Positions 16,309 to 20,000 of a stretch of 20,000 bases of DNA are shown here, one piece after another; position 1 is the first letter of the stretch; each line of letters opens with the position of its first letter. Location of the stretch: sequence record SRR20825010_3726; one strand, 5' to 3'. The notes below the pieces were generated by a model, which was not told where the DNA came from, did no database searches, and saw only the letters and a program-made list of their open reading frames with translations. Both the position numbers and the translations under genes were made by a program.

Positions 16309-19300
16309 ATGCCAGTAACGCCATCCATCGAGCCCGGCTTTCACGCCATCCACGCGAATCATCTGGAAGACCTGCGCCGGGCTGTGGTCTGGATCTGCCG
16401 GCAAAGCCCCCTGCCACCGCTGGAAAGTGAAACCTTTCTGGTGCAGAGCAATGGTATTGCCCAATGGCTCAAGCTGGCACTGGCTGAAGACCCGTCCGAG
16501 GAAGGTGCTGATGTCGGGGTCGGCGGCCTGGGGATTGCGGCCGGCATGGATTTTCTGTTTCCCGCCCGCTTTATCTGGCAGGCCTACCGTGCGGTACTGA
16601 CCTCGGAGGGCGTACCGGAACAGTCCCCGTTTGATAAGTCCCGACTGGTCTGGCGCCTGTTCCGACTACTGCCGGAGTTGATCGCGGACGACGACGTGTT
16701 TGCGCCGTTGCGACGATTCATGGCCGGAACGGATACTGAAACCCGACGCTACCAGCTCGCCGGCAAGATTGCGGACCTGTTCGACCAGTATCAGGTTTTC
16801 CGCGCCGATTGGCTGGCGGATTGGGAAGCCGGCCATGACCGGCTGCGGATGGCGCGCGGCGAATACCGTGAGCTGGGCGATGAGCTGCGCTGGCAGGCGG
16901 TACTGTGGCGCAGGCTGGTGGCCGATGTGGGCGAACTCGCGGGTACCAGCCGTTCACGCATTCACACCCGGTTCATGGCGCAAGGGCAGGCACTGACAGC
17001 CACAGACCGGCCTCCAAACCTGCCCCGTCGTATTGTGGTCTTCGGTGTGTCATCCCTGCCGAAGCAGGCGCTGGAAGCCCTGTCCGTTCTCAGCCGGGTC
17101 AGCCAGGTGGTGCTCTGTGTCCATAATCCCAGCGAATTTTACTGGGCCGACATCATCAGCGACCGTGACCTGCTGACGGCGGACCGCAAGCGCGGCAAGA
17201 CCCACCCGGAACTGGCGGCACTGACCGACCCTGATGCTCTCCACCAGCACGCTAACCCCCTGCTGGCGGCGTGGGGCAAACAGGGGCGGGACTACATTCG
17301 CCTGCTGGACGAATTCGACAACCCCGAGGCGTACCAGGGCCGCGTGGCAACTCCGGAGGGCCGGATCGATATTTTCACGCCCCACGGAGATCCGGATAAG
17401 CCTGCGCTGTTGCATCAGATCCAGAACGACATTCGTTCGCTCACTTCCCAGGCAGAGATGCTGGGGCAGGCACGGACCCTCGATCCGTTCCAGGACGATT
17501 CCGTGGTGTTTCACAATGCCCACAGCCCGCAACGGGAAGTGGAGATTCTTCACGACCAGTTGCTAGCGGCATTCAACAGCAACCCGCAGCTTCGGCCCCG
17601 CGACGTGATCGTCATGGTGCCAGACGTCGACACCTACGCACCTCACATCCAGGCGGTGTTTGGCCGTTACCCGTCGTCGTCCCGGCGCTACATCCCGTTC
17701 ACCATTTCCGACCAGGGCCAGCGGCATCGTCAGCCGGTGCTGATTGCACTGGACACGTTGATGGCGCTCCCCGAAAGCCGTTTTGGCGTCAGCGAGATCA
17801 TCAGCCTGCTGGAAGTGCCGGCCGTACGCAGCCGGTTCGGTATCGCCGAGGGCGATCTTCCATTGGTACGCCAATGGGTGGACGGCGCCAACATTCGCTG
17901 GGGCCTGCACAGCGAACATCGCAGCAGTCTCGACTTGCCTGAGGGGCTGGAACGCAACACCTGGCAGGCGGGGCTGCGGCGGATGCTGTTGGGCTATGGC
18001 GCTGGCCGCGACGATCCCTGGCAGGGCATTGAACCGTTCGAGGAAATCGGCGGCCTGCAGGCAGGTGTGGCGGGCAATCTCTACCGCTTTGTGGATCGGT
18101 TGGAAGAGCTCTGGCACGAGCTCAGGTCCGCTGCAACGCCGGCCGGCTGGCTCGATCGGCTGCAGTCCATCCTCGAACGCTTCTTCGCTGAACTGTCTGA
18201 CGACGATTTACTACTGGTGAATCGGTTACGCCGGCAGGCAGAGCAATGGCTCCAGGATTGCAACAGTGCGGGCATGGAAGACGTGGAACTGCCCCTGAGC
18301 ATCGTGCGGGAAATTCTGCTGGAAGGGTTGGAAGAAGGCGGCCTCAATCAGCGCTTCCTGGCCGGCAAGGTCAATTTTGCAACCCTGATGCCCATGCGCG
18401 CCATCCCCTTTCGACGGGTGTGCCTGTTGGGCATGAACGACGGTGACTACCCGCGCTCGCGACCGCCGGTGGATTTTGACCTGATGGCCGTGGATTACCG
18501 ACCGGGCGACCGTTCCCGCCGTGAAGACGACCGCTACCTGTTTCTGGAGGCATTGCTCTCCGCGCGGGAGCAGCTTTACATCAGTTGGGTAGGGCGCAGC
18601 ATCCGTGATGATTCGGAACGGCCACCCTCGGTACTGGTCAGCCAGCTCTGTGACCATCTTGATGCGGTGTGGCAGGTGGAAAAGTCGGACCGAAAAGCCT
18701 CTCCGACCCTGACGATCAAACACCCGCTGCAGCCGTTCAGCCGTGAGTATTTTCCCGCCGGAAATCGCGGAGCCGGGCACAATGGCTCGCCCGACGTGAA
18801 CGCAGTGCTGGCAACGCGGCGCCTGTTCACCTATGACAGTGAATGGCTCAGTGCGCACCAGCAACGGGAAACCGACGTGGTGGGCGTCGAACTGCCTTTC
18901 CTGCGACCGGCGGAGCCACTGACGATTGCTGATATTGGCGCTTTCCTCAAGCGACCAGTGGACACCTTTTGCCAGCGCCGGCTGCAGGTCCGGTTTACCG
19001 ATGTGGAGAGTCTGGACACCGACAACGAGGCATTCGCCATGGACGGCTTGCACCACTGGCGCCTGGAGGACGAACTGATCCGTCATGCGGTGATGAAATC
19101 GGGCACCGAGGACGAGCTGCATCAGCGGCTGGAGGCTGCCCTGGCGAGCATGGCCCGGCGAGGTGAGTTGGGCATGGGAGTGACGGAAACCGCCCTGACC
19201 CGGCAGTTGGAAAGCCGCATGCCAGACCTGTACCGGCGTTATCAGGAGGCCGTGGCGCTCTGGCCTGAGCCGGTGGAAGATATCTCAGGCTTTGAGTACC

Positions 19301-19908
19301 GCCATGAGCATGGCGACGCGGCGGTCACTGTTAACGACAGGCTGGGCAACCTGCGGACCCGCCCGGGCGGTGATCTCTGCCGGGTAGTGATCGCCAGTAG
19401 CAATCTGCTGGAAGGGTCCGGAAGCGCTCGCCAGCTAAAGTTCCCGGCCCTCTTGGAACACTGGGTTGCACACCTGGCAGGTAATATACGCTACGACGCT
19501 TTCCACACACTGGTGATCGCCAAAGAGGAAAAGCGTGTCGTCAACCTGTTGCCTCTGGACACCGACCAGGCCAGGGAATACCTGGCTGGCATCCTGGGCT
19601 ACTGGATTCAGGGCCAGACGCGGCCGCTGCCGATAGAGTCGGGTGCGGCCTTCGGCTATTTGCGGGGCCTTTTTCCCGCCAGGGGCGAGGGCAGTGAAGA
19701 CAAAGCACTGCTGAAGGCGACGGACGCCTACGGCAAGGCTCTGGAGCGCGACAGTGGTTACCTGCGCCGGGCCTATCCGGAGGTAGAACAACTGCTGGCG
19801 GATGACGAATTTCCGCTGTTGGTGTCGGCACTGTATGAGCCACTCTGGCACGCCGAACAGGCCGGTCGGGCTAAGCCTGGCGGTGCGGGACGGGGGTCGA
19901 CAAAATGA
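16309..19908 (+). CDS. recC: Exodeoxyribonuclease V gamma subunit
   Basis: LVQSNGIAQWL, IADLFDQYQVFR, NPLLAAWGKQGRDY, HSPQREVEILHD, VNFATLMPMRAIPF, GDRSRREDDRYLFLEALLSAR, HPLQPFS. ATG 16309 (1199 aa) is preferred over the track's TTG 16210. Confidence 0.96.
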   Translation: MPVTPSIEPGFHAIHANHLEDLRRAVVWICRQSPLPPLESETFLVQSNGIAQWLKLALAEDPSEEGADVGVGGLGIAAGMDFLFPARFIWQAYRAVLTSEGVPEQSPFDKSRLVWRLFRLLPELIADDDVFAPLRRFMAGTDTETRRYQLAGKIADLFDQYQVFRADWLADWEAGHDRLRMARGEYRELGDELRWQAVLWRRLVADVGELAGTSRSRIHTRFMAQGQALTATDRPPNLPRRIVVFGVSSLPKQALEALSVLSRVSQVVLCVHNPSEFYWADIISDRDLLTADRKRGKTHPELAALTDPDALHQHANPLLAAWGKQGRDYIRLLDEFDNPEAYQGRVATPEGRIDIFTPHGDPDKPALLHQIQNDIRSLTSQAEMLGQARTLDPFQDDSVVFHNAHSPQREVEILHDQLLAAFNSNPQLRPRDVIVMVPDVDTYAPHIQAVFGRYPSSSRRYIPFTISDQGQRHRQPVLIALDTLMALPESRFGVSEIISLLEVPAVRSRFGIAEGDLPLVRQWVDGANIRWGLHSEHRSSLDLPEGLERNTWQAGLRRMLLGYGAGRDDPWQGIEPFEEIGGLQAGVAGNLYRFVDRLEELWHELRSAATPAGWLDRLQSILERFFAELSDDDLLLVNRLRRQAEQWLQDCNSAGMEDVELPLSIVREILLEGLEEGGLNQRFLAGKVNFATLMPMRAIPFRRVCLLGMNDGDYPRSRPPVDFDLMAVDYRPGDRSRREDDRYLFLEALLSAREQLYISWVGRSIRDDSERPPSVLVSQLCDHLDAVWQVEKSDRKASPTLTIKHPLQPFSREYFPAGNRGAGHNGSPDVNAVLATRRLFTYDSEWLSAHQQRETDVVGVELPFLRPAEPLTIADIGAFLKRPVDTFCQRRLQVRFTDVESLDTDNEAFAMDGLHHWRLEDELIRHAVMKSGTEDELHQRLEAALASMARRGELGMGVTETALTRQLESRMPDLYRRYQEAVALWPEPVEDISGFEYRHEHGDAAVTVNDRLGNLRTRPGGDLCRVVIASSNLLEGSGSARQLKFPALLEHWVAHLAGNIRYDAFHTLVIAKEEKRVVNLLPLDTDQAREYLAGILGYWIQGQTRPLPIESGAAFGYLRGLFPARGEGSEDKALLKATDAYGKALERDSGYLRRAYPEVEQLLADDEFPLLVSALYEPLWHAEQAGRAKPGGAGRGSTK

Positions 19909-20000
19909 CGGAAGAGATCCGCAAGCTCGATCCCCTCACACTGTCGTTGCGTGGCAGCCAGCTGATCGAGGCCAGTGCCGGCACCGGCAAGACCTTTACC
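19905..20000 (+). CDS. recB: Exodeoxyribonuclease V beta subunit, N-terminal 32 codons (runs off the right edge)
   Basis: ATGA overlap with the recC stop; translates to MTEEIRKLDPLTLSLRGSQLIEASAGTGKTFT, which contains RecB helicase motif I (LIEASAGTGKT). Confidence 0.93.
   Translation, partial: MTEEIRKLDPLTLSLRGSQLIEASAGTGKTFT

Noticed and set aside
1..20000. Mobile element, prophage, CRISPR array, defence island or structural RNA genes
   Set aside because: No transposase or integrase, no repeat-spacer periodicity and no low-GC island; intergenic gaps are all under 270 nt; the RecBCD genes are the housekeeping type.

Overview
High-GC gammaproteobacterial chromosomal segment. The acidic solute-binding proteins and the ectoine TRAP operon point to a moderately halophilic, Marinobacter/Halomonas-like host (inference). 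Gene order: (-) a SixA-type histidine phosphatase fused to a CHAD domain, cut by the left edge and absent from the ORF track; (+) an sCache chemoreceptor with a sigma28-type promoter; (+) an orphan TakP-like TRAP solute-binding protein whose stop overlaps the start of a potABCD polyamine ABC operon; (-) a HAD-IIA hydrolase; (+) a 7TM sensor diguanylate cyclase; (-) teaABCD followed by an alanine/glycine:cation symporter; (+) recC and the start of recB. I found no mobile elements, CRISPR arrays, tRNA or rRNA genes. The region looks like ordinary core transport, signalling and repair DNA, and I cannot support a wholly new system. The best leads are the TRAP-SBP/potABCD coupling next to a possible carboxylate chemoreceptor, the SixA-CHAD fusion, and the lipoprotein-type PotD.
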